From a virus (lineage: Duplodnaviria > Caudoviricetes), in the IMG/VR virus record IMGVR_UViG_3300048838_000199, positions 1 through 56,969 of that record: a DNA stretch of 56,969 nucleotides; one strand, 5' to 3'. Shown one piece after another: positions 47,387 to 56,841 of this stretch (within the stretch, counting starts at the first letter, position 1; each line of letters begins with the position of its first letter). Below the pieces are notes generated by a model. It searched no databases. It had not been told where the DNA came from and was given only the letters and a program-made list of their open reading frames with translations. The position numbers were made by a program, and so were the translations under genes.

Positions 47387-47517
47387 TTTGTCGTTTTGTC
47401 TTGTGGTCGTTCCAGCCCTCACTGCGCGGACTTGCACGGCCTATGGCAGTTACCCGTCTAAGGTATGGCCAGCAGCCGCGCAGTGAAGTGTTCTCTGGTT
47501 CGTTGGGTTCTATTATA
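47373..47517 (-). ncRNA. Structured cis-regulatory leader (pseudoknot/antisense loop)
   Basis: Interleaved perfect inverted repeats of 11 and 14 bp downstream of TATAAT (47517-47512). Confidence 0.6.
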
Positions 47518-47548
47518 GACGTTTACGCCTGCCACAGCGTGCTGCCCA

Positions 47549-48130
47549 TTATAACCTGAAGGGTTTCACCTCCTGCGCTGGCACGATCTGCACGAACAGC
47601 CTGGCCCTGATGTTGTCAGGCTTGCCAGCTGCGCCGCCGGTGATGGCCACGTGTTCGGCCCTGGTCAGGTACCAGGTGCGCCAGCCCTTGATGCTGCGCA
47701 CGTCGTCGGTGCCATCCTTGGGTTCATCGCCCTTCTTGGCAGGTGGTGGCTTGGGCAGCACGCCGGTGTCGACCAGCACGTCGCCCACGCACTTCTGCAC
47801 GTTGTCCCAGTCGCGCGACTCGATGAAGCCACGGCCACCGAACACCCACAGATACACCACCACCGGGCCATCGAACTGGCCGGCCTGATACTTCTGCAGG
47901 ATGGCCTTGGCGGCCCGTTGTGCCCAGGCCGTGTATTCCTTGGTTGGGAACGTCTGCACCCACAGCCGCAGCTTGCCCTTGCACCTCGGGCACACCTGGC
48001 CAGGCTGCGACGGTGGTGCCGGCTGGCACTGCACGCGCTGCTGGTTCCGATGGTTGCCACTTGGCACCAGGTTGTACTTGTCGCCTTCCTTGCCGGCCAT
48101 CCAGCCGAATAGTTCCACCGCGTCCTTCAC
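47549..48130 (-). CDS. rusA: RusA family Holliday junction resolvase
   Basis: VPSGN, RDWDNVQK..D.L..DD. Confidence 0.75.
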   Translation of the reverse strand: MKDAVELFGWMAGKEGDKYNLVPSGNHRNQQRVQCQPAPPSQPGQVCPRCKGKLRLWVQTFPTKEYTAWAQRAAKAILQKYQAGQFDGPVVVYLWVFGGRGFIESRDWDNVQKCVGDVLVDTGVLPKPPPAKKGDEPKDGTDDVRSIKGWRTWYLTRAEHVAITGGAAGKPDNIRARLFVQIVPAQEVKPFRL

Positions 48131-48555
48131 GATCGTGTTGCCCTCGTGGTAAAGAACCCATCCAGGTCTGGCTCGTTCTGGTGAATCAGCCGCGCATAGT
48201 ACGCCCGGTGGTTGTTGGACAGCTTGAAGGGGAGGCCGTCGGTGTCGGTCGTGGTCAGGCTCTGATACCTCAGAACCTCCCACAGGGCAGCGATGCCATA
48301 CCGCTGCACGCCTCGGCTGCGCAGCTCCCTGGCCATGGCCACCAGCCGCCGGTACACCTGCGGGTTGGCCTCGTGGTAGACGGTGAACCGCTGCTGTAGT
48401 GTCTGCTTGGGCCGTTTCGGTCGCCGCTTGTTGCGCGCCTCGATGCCCTTGCGAATGTGCCGGGTGTGGCTCCGAACGACGACGACAGCAGCCTCTGGAA
48501 TCTGCCCAGGTGCTGGCTGCTGCGCTTCGCCACCGAACAGGCTGCCCTGTGTCAC
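48127..48555 (-). CDS. Hypothetical phage protein
   Basis: F..YHEANPQVY..FKLSNNHRAYYARL. Confidence 0.7.
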   Translation of the reverse strand: MTQGSLFGGEAQQPAPGQIPEAAVVVVRSHTRHIRKGIEARNKRRPKRPKQTLQQRFTVYHEANPQVYRRLVAMARELRSRGVQRYGIAALWEVLRYQSLTTTDTDGLPFKLSNNHRAYYARLIHQNEPDLDGFFTTRATRS

Positions 48556-49376
48556 GGCACCAGCTCCAGCAGCCGAGTCGCCGGCAGTTCCCTGCAGATT
48601 TCGCCGGCCAGGTCGCCGTCGACCTTCTTGCCCACGAACACCATGCCACCGTTGCCATCGGGCACGTGGTTGCCCCACTGCTTCCACCAGAAGGCTGCGC
48701 CGTAATCTCGGCACGCCTGCCTGATTCGCAAGGCCCACTCGAACTGCATGGGCCGCGCCTGGTCACGGGCACCCGATTCGCCGCCAACAATCGCCCAGTG
48801 AATCTGCCCAGTGGCCAGCCACTTGCCGATGTCCACCAAGTCGCCCACCAGTGGCTCGCAGGACAGGCCACGCACGCGCGCCGGCAGGTCCAGCAGCACG
48901 CTGCACCGCTCATTTAGCCGTGGGTTGTTCTCAGCCGACACCATGGCCCATGCGTTGGCCGGCCAACCGTCAGCCATCCAGTGGCCATACCCGCATTCAT
49001 CCAGCAGACGGGCTGCCAGCTCGGGCCGCTTGGTCAGCAGCAGGAAGTCCAGGCTGGTGCATGATTCCACCAGGGCCAGCATCCTGGCGCGATGGTCGCG
49101 CAGCTCGGGCCGATCTTCCCAGATGTCACCGAACGACATGCAGAACACCCGCCGCCGTTCGCCTGCATCGATGGCCGCCTGGTTCCACTTGGGCACCTGC
49201 TTCCAATACGCCTCTGCGCGCAGCTGCCGGCTGGCCTTGGGGCCAAACACGTCCAGGCCGTACCGCTTGGTGTCGCGCTCTGCATAGCAGAACTTACAGC
49301 CCTCGGACACCTTCGTGCAGCCACTCCAAGGGTTCACGGTGTGATGGCACCAGCTGATGCCTGTTACTTCGCCCAT
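48552..49376 (-). CDS. DUF5131 (Gp37/Gp68) family protein
   Basis: NPWSGCTKVSEGCKFCYAE, LLLTKRP, SCEPL, IVGGESG, KQWG. Confidence 0.92.
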   Translation of the reverse strand: MGEVTGISWCHHTVNPWSGCTKVSEGCKFCYAERDTKRYGLDVFGPKASRQLRAEAYWKQVPKWNQAAIDAGERRRVFCMSFGDIWEDRPELRDHRARMLALVESCTSLDFLLLTKRPELAARLLDECGYGHWMADGWPANAWAMVSAENNPRLNERCSVLLDLPARVRGLSCEPLVGDLVDIGKWLATGQIHWAIVGGESGARDQARPMQFEWALRIRQACRDYGAAFWWKQWGNHVPDGNGGMVFVGKKVDGDLAGEICRELPATRLLELVP

Positions 49377-49864
49377 TACTTTCCACTCCAAGGCAGGGCC
49401 AGGTTGCCAGGGGCTTGCCCCTTCTCGATGGCCTGCATGACCTGGGGTAGTGCAACCTCTGCCAGCGTCTGGCCTTGGCTGCCCACCACGATATCGCCCA
49501 CGAACGCCTGCTCCACAGTCTGGATGCCTTCCTCGATGGCCACCAGCCTGGCCTTAATCAGCGCGCCCAACGCACGCATGCGCCGGGCCATTTCCTGCTT
49601 CACCTTGTCGGCCTGCTGCTCTGCCGTCGCCGGCTTCCAGCTCGTGGCGTTCACCTTCACGCGCGTGAATCGCTCCTCGTTGGGGTCTGGCTTGGGCACG
49701 CTCAGCCGGTAGGCCACGCCGTTCACGACGAAGGCCACCACGAACTGGGCAGTGTCCTGCATGGTCATTTGCTGGGTGACACCGATGCCACCCAGCATGC
49801 CGCCGATCTCGGCCAACGTGCGCTCGATCGGCACCTCGGTGCCTTCTGCATACCGCCTGCTCAT
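49376..49864 (-). CDS. Conserved phage protein
   Basis: RYAEGTEV..IKARLVAIEEGI. Confidence 0.7.
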   Translation of the reverse strand: MSRRYAEGTEVPIERTLAEIGGMLGGIGVTQQMTMQDTAQFVVAFVVNGVAYRLSVPKPDPNEERFTRVKVNATSWKPATAEQQADKVKQEMARRMRALGALIKARLVAIEEGIQTVEQAFVGDIVVGSQGQTLAEVALPQVMQAIEKGQAPGNLALPWSGK

Positions 49865-50754
49865 TCGTCCCCCCAGTCGCCAAGGTTGGGCTGCTGGCCA
49901 GGCTCGTGCGCACTGGTTGCCGGCAGTGCCTGGACGGTCGCCGCCGGCAGTGCCTGCTGCGCGTCGTCCTCGGTCACCATCGTGCCGTCCACCACCTTCA
50001 TCGGTATGCCCAGCTTAAATGCCACTTGCGCCATCTTGTCTGCCCCTTCCAGGGCCTTCATCTTCTCGAAGTGGTCCATGGCCAGCGCGCGCAGTTCGTC
50101 GTTGCTCTGGTCCAGCCGAACGGCCAGCACGGGGTACGTCTTGCCGCCGCCCTTCCTGATGTCGATGGCCAGCCGCGCGCGAATGTGGGCACCCATCTGG
50201 GCCAGGGCCTCGATGCCGTCCATGATGGCCGGCACTTCCTGCGCTGCATAGAAGCTGCCCGTGGTCACTTGCCACAGGCCGACGTCGGGCAGGTTGGGAA
50301 TGCGCACGAACAGCCGGCACGACAGGCTGCAGACGTTGCTGCCCTTCAGTTTGGCCTTGGCCGCCCTCTCGATCGGGTCACGTGGGCAGACGCAGGGGCC
50401 GCCACGTTCCACGCCTTCCACGATCGTGCAGCCGTCACACCGTCGCACGCACTGCTTGCTGCCCTTGCCGCCCACCTGCGCCCACAGCTCGTACTGGGTG
50501 CTGGCTGCTACGTTGCTTATCTCGATCGGCAGTTCGTTCGTCTTGGTGATGATCTGCCACGCCTGGCTGCCACCTGGCCACGGCACCACCTGGCCGCCGA
50601 ATATCTGGGCAGCTCGGTCCAGCGCGCGCTTGTCGTTGCTGGTCAGCCTGAACGTGGCCAGCCGCTTGCCGACGCTGTTGGGGCCGGCAGACTGTTCGCC
50701 CAGCCTGATGATGCCGCACCGCTTCATCTTGGCCTGAATGTCTAGGACTCTCAC
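49861..50754 (-). CDS. phiC31 gp3-like (recombination directionality factor-like) protein
   Basis: GIIRLG..FRLTS..FGG..W..RRCDG..C.C..GLWQVTTGSFYAA. Confidence 0.7.
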   Translation of the reverse strand: MRVLDIQAKMKRCGIIRLGEQSAGPNSVGKRLATFRLTSNDKRALDRAAQIFGGQVVPWPGGSQAWQIITKTNELPIEISNVAASTQYELWAQVGGKGSKQCVRRCDGCTIVEGVERGGPCVCPRDPIERAAKAKLKGSNVCSLSCRLFVRIPNLPDVGLWQVTTGSFYAAQEVPAIMDGIEALAQMGAHIRARLAIDIRKGGGKTYPVLAVRLDQSNDELRALAMDHFEKMKALEGADKMAQVAFKLGIPMKVVDGTMVTEDDAQQALPAATVQALPATSAHEPGQQPNLGDWGDE

Positions 50755-51830
50755 TTCGCACCACCTTCCACCAGCTTCAGCGGCAGGCCGGGCTGGTTGG
50801 GGTCCACCTTGCGCACGGGCACGCCCTTCATCGTCTTGGGATGCTCGGGCTGGAACATGGCCTCCCACAGAACACGCGCATACAGGAAGGCCCGCATGGG
50901 TTCGCAGTCGTGTGGGTCGTCGCACTTGCGGATCCTCGGCCAGTGCCGCAGCTTCACGCCATCGGGCTGCACGTACAGGTTGGCCATCCAATCCAGTTCA
51001 ACCATCGGCACCCGCTCTGCCGTGTTGGGCACGCCAATGTGTTCAGCGTAGAAGTAGGCCGCGCCCTGCAGCTCGTGGCTGGGCTGGTCTGACTTGCTGC
51101 CCTTGGCGTCCACCATGCCCACCGGCCCGATGGCGTCCAGCTCGGGGTACCCCTGCAGCTTCAGCACGGTGTCCAGCGTGCCGGCATAGTTGTACGTGTC
51201 GCTCATTACCACGGCCTCGGCCATCAGAACATCAGCCACGTGGCGATCGCACCACAGCAGCAGCTGCCGCACGTACTGGTCGCAGTAGTCGGGTGTCAGG
51301 GTGAACCCCTTGGCCTGAATCAGCCCCTGGGTGTAGTCGGTGACTTCGTTGGAACTGATGCGCAGGCCATACGCCCATTCCTCTAGTGCGCCGTGCAGGA
51401 TGCTGCCACGGTTGGCGCGCTTCCTCATTTCCCTGGGGCCGGCCTTCTTAATCCAGTGCATGCCGAAGTTCTTGGGCCAGCTCGGTGGCTGCAGCTTGTT
51501 CAGTAGCAAGTCGATGGCCGCCACTTCCACGGTTTCGCCGCCGTCCTCGTTGTCGGTGTCCACCCACACGGGCACGGGTGTCTTGGTTCTGGCTGCCTCG
51601 GCCAGGAAGTTCACGTACTCGGCAGTGAACCAGTGTTCAGCGTGCCGCATGCCGCCTGCCATGAACTCGTCCAGCACCGTAGTCACCGATGGGTACATGG
51701 TCACGGCCTCGGGGTTCTCGGCCAGGGTTGGGTGTGGCCATCGGTAAATGCCGGTGGCGTCGTCGCGCAGGTCCGTGCCGTGCTTCCACGTCGGCTGCCC
51801 TTCAGTTTGCTGTGTGTTGGTTGGTTTCAT
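50751..51830 (-). CDS. PD-(D/E)XK exonuclease
   Basis: PSVTTVL, RGSILH, E..YAGTLD, VDAK, LQGAAY. Confidence 0.8.
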   Translation of the reverse strand: MKPTNTQQTEGQPTWKHGTDLRDDATGIYRWPHPTLAENPEAVTMYPSVTTVLDEFMAGGMRHAEHWFTAEYVNFLAEAARTKTPVPVWVDTDNEDGGETVEVAAIDLLLNKLQPPSWPKNFGMHWIKKAGPREMRKRANRGSILHGALEEWAYGLRISSNEVTDYTQGLIQAKGFTLTPDYCDQYVRQLLLWCDRHVADVLMAEAVVMSDTYNYAGTLDTVLKLQGYPELDAIGPVGMVDAKGSKSDQPSHELQGAAYFYAEHIGVPNTAERVPMVELDWMANLYVQPDGVKLRHWPRIRKCDDPHDCEPMRAFLYARVLWEAMFQPEHPKTMKGVPVRKVDPNQPGLPLKLVEGGAK

Positions 51831-51852
51831 GGGGTTGTGGTTGGGTTGGTCC

Positions 51853-52107
51853 TTAGTCGTCGCGCCCAAGTGCTTCCAGCTTCGTGGGCTGTTCTTGGTC
51901 CTGCGCGTCGCCTGGCAGTTCACCGTTGGCACTTTGCCACCGTCGCTGCATCGTTTCGTGGAACAGGTTGGGGTACGCCTCGGCCAGCCGTGGGCTGTCG
52001 TCGTCGTCCACCAGAATGGCCGCCATGATGAACACGCGCGCCGGGATGCCCTGGTCTGCCAATGCCTTGGCGTCCAGGTAATGCAGCTGCCGCACGTTCT
52101 CGGGCAT
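51853..52107 (-). CDS. Hypothetical protein
   Basis: TGATG overlap. Confidence 0.55.
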   Translation of the reverse strand: MPENVRQLHYLDAKALADQGIPARVFIMAAILVDDDDSPRLAEAYPNLFHETMQRRWQSANGELPGDAQDQEQPTKLEALGRDD

Positions 52108-52382
52108 CAGCTGGCCGCCTCGATCGGCTGCAGCTCCTTGGCCCACTTCACCCACTTGAACAGGGTGCGATCGCTCGGCATGTGCTTGCCCCACTTCTTG
52201 CGCAGCTCTGCAGTGGTCAATGCCTGGCCCGCTTCGTTCTCGCCGCGAACGTCGCCAACGAACTCGTGCCGCTTCTTGATGGGCACGGCAGGCTTGGACC
52301 CCCCGCCGTGCGTGTCGCCTGGCCAAGCCAGATCATAAGTTCTACCGGCATGGGTCGTGCCGGTGATGGGTTTCTGTTCCAT
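52107..52382 (-). CDS. Small HTH-like protein, candidate regulator
   Basis: TTAELRKKW..SDRTLFKWVK; TATAAT just upstream. Confidence 0.5.
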   Translation of the reverse strand: MEQKPITGTTHAGRTYDLAWPGDTHGGGSKPAVPIKKRHEFVGDVRGENEAGQALTTAELRKKWGKHMPSDRTLFKWVKWAKELQPIEAAS

Positions 52383-52538
52383 ACGCACGGCATTATACTG
52401 CATGATGCGCGCCGATGGTGCAGCACGGTGAAGTTTATGGTAGGATTCCAAAACGGCCAGCGCGCACCGCCTCGATCATCACCACCACCCACGCGCGCAG
52501 GTGGTCACAACCACGCACCCCAGGGGGGCACCTCGTAA

Positions 52539-53273
52539 ATGAACCAAGAACTGTACAAGCTCGAAAACACTGTCCGCAAGGCAGAATCGGCTTGGGATAG
52601 GCAGATGAAACGAGACGGGCACCTAAAGAAGGAATCCCGCGACATTTCCACCTGCACCCCGGCCACCATGTCACCCACCGCGCGCGCTTTCTATCACGAA
52701 TACACCGCCGCCAAGACGAAGCTGGACGACGAAGCCAACCGCACCAACCTGTTCGGAGGCAGTCCTGCCGCCCCGAACGACGGCCTGGACGACGACGACA
52801 CCGACGACGACGAACAGCAGCCCCGTGGTCGCAGGGGCAAGGGCAAGGCCAGCCACCTCCAGGTGGTCACGCCGGCAGCAACACCCGAAAACGTGCAGAC
52901 GCCCGACGGCATGCCCGTGAAGGTCGTGGCACCCCAGCTGCTCGATGACTGGCGCGCCCTGTGCGCTGCCGAGTCGCTGGGCAAAAAGAACCCCACCGCC
53001 AAGGTGATCGTGCTGGAAGGTGGCACCTGGGTCTGCACCCAGGTCGGTGAAGGCTTCGCTGTGCTTACCCGCTGCGTCACCGAACACGAATACGAAGGTG
53101 AACGCCACGACAGCATGGAAGGCAGGGACCCCGACGACACCGCCGGCTTGGTGTTCCGCTCTGGCCCTGGTCGTTCGCCGCAGTATGTCCTGATGAACTC
53201 GGGGCAATCTGTCGCTGCTGTTGCTGGGGACCCTCTGCAGAACGTTCAGCTGCAGACGGGCACCGACGAATAA
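52539..53273 (+). CDS. Hypothetical protein (divergent, + strand)
   Basis: Clean ORF; TAGGAT upstream; terminator downstream. Confidence 0.8.
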   Translation: MNQELYKLENTVRKAESAWDRQMKRDGHLKKESRDISTCTPATMSPTARAFYHEYTAAKTKLDDEANRTNLFGGSPAAPNDGLDDDDTDDDEQQPRGRRGKGKASHLQVVTPAATPENVQTPDGMPVKVVAPQLLDDWRALCAAESLGKKNPTAKVIVLEGGTWVCTQVGEGFAVLTRCVTEHEYEGERHDSMEGRDPDDTAGLVFRSGPGRSPQYVLMNSGQSVAAVAGDPLQNVQLQTGTDE

Positions 53274-53292
53274 GCCACCGCCGGCAGGCACA

Positions 53293-53335
53293 GAAAAGGC
53301 CCCCGCCCTTGATCTGGGTGGGGGCCTTCTCGTTT
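53293..53335. terminator. Bidirectional terminator
   Basis: aaaaggccccc...ggggccttct between convergent genes. Confidence 0.8.
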
Positions 53336-53343
53336 GTTGGGCA

Positions 53344-54387
53344 TCAGCTCACGACGCGATACCTGAACCCCATCATGGGCCGCATCAGCTGGTCGCTGCC
53401 GAACTGCTGGCCGGTCGTCGGGTTGCTGCCTGGCGTGTACGGGAATGCCTGCGCGCCTGCGCTTAGTTTCTTCATCTGGTAGCCCAGGGTTGGCCGGCCT
53501 TGGTCAGCACACTGGCCAGCACTCCAAGTGCCCTCGATGTGGACGCCCAGGAAGTACCACGTGTGCGCCTTGAACACGCGCCTGGCCGCCGTCGTCTTGG
53601 TGGCGATGCCCCAGCTGATACTGCCGGGTGATGCTATCACGTCGTTGTTGGTCACCCTGGTGTGGCCGGTGCCCTGGCCCACGATGTCCTCGACTGCGCC
53701 GCTGAACATGATCGGGCCGACTTGCCCAGTGCTGGCCATTTCGTGGAACCATGTGCGGATCCTCGCAGTGGTGGCGTCGCTGCTCGGCAGCTGGGGGCCG
53801 AACACAAAAATAACCTGGTCCACGCTGGCGTTGTGCGTGAACATGAACGGGATGTACCCAGGGGTCTGGTTCCCGCTCGTGGGCAGCGCGATGGCGTTGG
53901 TGACGCTCACAGGGTTGCCCAGCAGCAGCTGCTGCGTGTTCACGAACTGGTCGACGCTGCCGATGACGCCATAGCTGCGCAGCGTCCAGTATCCCGTCGA
54001 CGTGTACACCACCTCGATCCATGCGCCAGGCAGGACCAGCACCGCGCTGCCGGCAGTCACACCGTCAAGATTCACGCCGCCAGGGGCCGCCAGGGTGATG
54101 TTGTTCACGCCTGCGTTGCCAGACACGTCGCGCACAATGAACCGCTGGCCGATCTTGGGCACCACGCCAGCACCAGTGCCTGGCAGGGTGTAGGTCGCAG
54201 CTGCCGAGTGATTCGACAGAATGACGCCCTCAGTCTTCAGAAGGGTGGCCGTGGCCGTCTTGGTGGTGACTGCCAGCAGGCCGGCTGCAAAGTCGTCCAG
54301 CAGCGTCATGTTGCCGTTGATGGTGACTTCCTTCTGGTTCTGGCCGGGGTCCAGGTTGGTCAGTCCTAGCGTCGCAGTGGTGGACAT
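53344..54387 (-). CDS. Tail fibre / receptor-binding protein (DUF2793-like N-terminus)
   Basis: LGLTNLDPGQNQKEVTIN..LLD; follows the J-like gene. Confidence 0.7.
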   Translation of the reverse strand: MSTTATLGLTNLDPGQNQKEVTINGNMTLLDDFAAGLLAVTTKTATATLLKTEGVILSNHSAAATYTLPGTGAGVVPKIGQRFIVRDVSGNAGVNNITLAAPGGVNLDGVTAGSAVLVLPGAWIEVVYTSTGYWTLRSYGVIGSVDQFVNTQQLLLGNPVSVTNAIALPTSGNQTPGYIPFMFTHNASVDQVIFVFGPQLPSSDATTARIRTWFHEMASTGQVGPIMFSGAVEDIVGQGTGHTRVTNNDVIASPGSISWGIATKTTAARRVFKAHTWYFLGVHIEGTWSAGQCADQGRPTLGYQMKKLSAGAQAFPYTPGSNPTTGQQFGSDQLMRPMMGFRYRVVS

Positions 54388-54408
54388 GGCCAGATAATAC
54401 CGCCAGCC

Positions 54409-56841
54409 CTACACAGGGCCGACGGTTTCAATGGTGGGGTGACCTCGGCCAACCAACGGGGACACCTGGTACAGCTTGATGCCCAGGGTGCTGGGCACGT
54501 CTATCATGTCGGTGGCTTGCATGGCTGCCGTGTAGGTCCACGTTGGGCTGGTCAGGCCCGTGGCCGATCGTATCAGGGTGGTGTACGTGTCGTCCCACAC
54601 CTCGATGTCGTACAGCTCGATGGACTCACCCAGGGGCACCGTGCCGCTGCCGCCGTTGGCCAGTTCGTCGCCCCACCTCGATCGGTATTTCCAAGTGAAC
54701 ACCAGGTCGCTGTTGGCTTGCCGTGCCACGGCCAGGTTGCCCGGCCCCCACGGTTTCCGCGCGTTGCCGACTAGCTGCACGCTTGTGGTGGGGGTGTTGG
54801 TGTAGTCTGCGCCGGCCTTGCCCACGTCGAATGCGTGCAGCGTCTTGGTGCCGCCAACCTCTGACAGGTTGGCCTTGAATCTCAGGGCCGTGTCCTCGGT
54901 CAGAAGTGCCACCATGGTGCCGGCTGCCTTCACCTCGCGCGCCAGGTATTCGGTGCCGCGTCGCCCTCGCAGCAGCCTGGTCAGCTGGTACGTGTCGTTG
55001 CCCAGGTCCAGGGCACTGACATACTGCACAATCTCACCGCCAACCACCAGGACGTTCGCGCCATTCAGCACGTCCAGGTCCGTCGCGCCGGCAGGTGGGG
55101 TGCCCTTGACGCCGCCCACCTCGGCCACGGTGATGGTGAAGCTGTCGCCGTTCACGAACGCCGTGCTGCCTGCCGTGATCTTGAACCGCACCTCGTTGCT
55201 GAACACCGTGCCGACAGTTCCCGGGCCCACGGTAACGCCCAGGGGGTCGTACACCCTGAACGACGTGGCCGACAGCATCAGCACCGAATAGTTGCCGGTC
55301 AGCACGCCGCTGGCCGTCGTCGGGTCCTGCATTTCCAGGATGCCGTTGCCGGTGTTCGCGCCGGCTGCCGTGCCGTACGCCCCATAAACCCGTTCCAGCT
55401 GGAAGGTCAGCACGCTGGTGGTGTCCCAGACATTCGGGCCGGTGTACGCTGCCAGCGTGCCGGTCAGCCTGCCGATGGTCCCACGCACTGCGTGGCTGTT
55501 GATCTGGGTCTGCAGCTGGCCGCCGATGTCTCGAATGCCGGCCTGGTTCATCACCTTGGCACCTGGCCAGCCCGTGCGCGCCGTGGCCACCACTGTAATC
55601 AGGCTGCAGCCATCGAACGACGCATCGGACGTGGGCACCAGGGCATTCAGGTCGCCGGCATAAATCACGGGTGCGTACGCCTCGGTGACGCCCCCACCGC
55701 CGCCGTTTGGTGGCGCAGAACCGTCGCCCGTCAGGGTGTAGATGTCTGGGTCGTCGGGCACCATGGTGAACTCGATATGACCAAACAGACCCACCAGCTG
55801 CTTCACGATCTTGAACCGCTGCACAACGCCCGACGGCATGGGCATGTTCACCACGTCGGTGGGGGTCCATGCGATGTATCGCCACGGCAGGCACACCTTC
55901 ATGGTGTCGCGCTGCAGCTGCCGCATGGCCAGGTACCTGCGCGCGATGGCCATGGCGTTGGTTTCGGTCATTACCACCGGCAGGGGCAGCTGCTCGGCCT
56001 TGCGCACCAACGTGGCCTCCCTGCTTGTTGACTGGGTGAAGGTCTGGAAGTCGATGGCCTGCGAGTGGTACACCACGTCCACCTTCTGCGGGGTTTCCAG
56101 CTGCTGGCCTCGTGTCAACTGGAACAGGTCAGCCTGCGGATCTGGAGTTCCTGCCCCCAGGTGGCTCGTGTCGATCGTGCCGACAGGGTTGCCGCCTCGC
56201 AGCACCGCCTTCAGCTTGTAATCCACGTCCACGAAGTCGAACATGTACGCATCCTGAAGGGTGGCCAGGTGCTGCCGCGCCTCTGCGCGCTGGCTCAGCA
56301 CCATGCCGTCGACCTTCAGGCCGGCCAAGGCTGTCAGGTCACGGTTGCCGGCAGGAATGCCAGGGATGCCTGCGCTGGGGTCGCCGGCCTGGTCCATGAT
56401 GTCGTTCACCACGTCGTCCAGGTCCATGCGCCCGTTGGCGTCGGTGCCCTCGCTTTCCACCTCGAACGACATGCTGGGGGCACGCCCGCCGAACTTGTGG
56501 ATGGGCAGGTCCTTGAACACCACCAGGACACGGCCACGGTAGGCCGGGCAGTCGTCGGTGCCGATCAGTGCTTCCAGGGTGGGGCTGGCGTCTTGCGTCT
56601 GGGTCCCCAGGTACACCTCGATGTTGGCCAGGACCAGGTACGCCGCCAAGGATGGCCTGCGCCCGTCTGCCGTGGCTGGCCGGCCAGACCAGCCTGCCTG
56701 CTCGGGCCGATCATCATACACCACGCCGTTGTCGAACCAGATGCGCCTGATGCGCTTTACAGGGCCTCGGGACACCACCACCGCGATGGTCTGGTAATAC
56801 TCGTACCCGTTGATGTTGGCAGTGGGTTGGCTCTTGCCCAT
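54409..56841 (-). CDS. J-like / GTA g15-like central tail protein
   Basis: GPVKRIRRIW, PAYRG..DLP..FGGRAP..FEV, EIVQY..LTRLLRGRRGTE. Confidence 0.9.
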   Translation of the reverse strand: MGKSQPTANINGYEYYQTIAVVVSRGPVKRIRRIWFDNGVVYDDRPEQAGWSGRPATADGRRPSLAAYLVLANIEVYLGTQTQDASPTLEALIGTDDCPAYRGRVLVVFKDLPIHKFGGRAPSMSFEVESEGTDANGRMDLDDVVNDIMDQAGDPSAGIPGIPAGNRDLTALAGLKVDGMVLSQRAEARQHLATLQDAYMFDFVDVDYKLKAVLRGGNPVGTIDTSHLGAGTPDPQADLFQLTRGQQLETPQKVDVVYHSQAIDFQTFTQSTSREATLVRKAEQLPLPVVMTETNAMAIARRYLAMRQLQRDTMKVCLPWRYIAWTPTDVVNMPMPSGVVQRFKIVKQLVGLFGHIEFTMVPDDPDIYTLTGDGSAPPNGGGGGVTEAYAPVIYAGDLNALVPTSDASFDGCSLITVVATARTGWPGAKVMNQAGIRDIGGQLQTQINSHAVRGTIGRLTGTLAAYTGPNVWDTTSVLTFQLERVYGAYGTAAGANTGNGILEMQDPTTASGVLTGNYSVLMLSATSFRVYDPLGVTVGPGTVGTVFSNEVRFKITAGSTAFVNGDSFTITVAEVGGVKGTPPAGATDLDVLNGANVLVVGGEIVQYVSALDLGNDTYQLTRLLRGRRGTEYLAREVKAAGTMVALLTEDTALRFKANLSEVGGTKTLHAFDVGKAGADYTNTPTTSVQLVGNARKPWGPGNLAVARQANSDLVFTWKYRSRWGDELANGGSGTVPLGESIELYDIEVWDDTYTTLIRSATGLTSPTWTYTAAMQATDMIDVPSTLGIKLYQVSPLVGRGHPTIETVGPV

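Noticed and set aside
47373-47517. tRNA gene
   Set aside because: No T-loop or D-loop consensus and no cloverleaf; the pairing is interleaved
53344-56841. Diversity-generating retroelement targeting tail genes
   Set aside because: No reverse transcriptase and no TR/VR pair with adenine-specific mismatches seen
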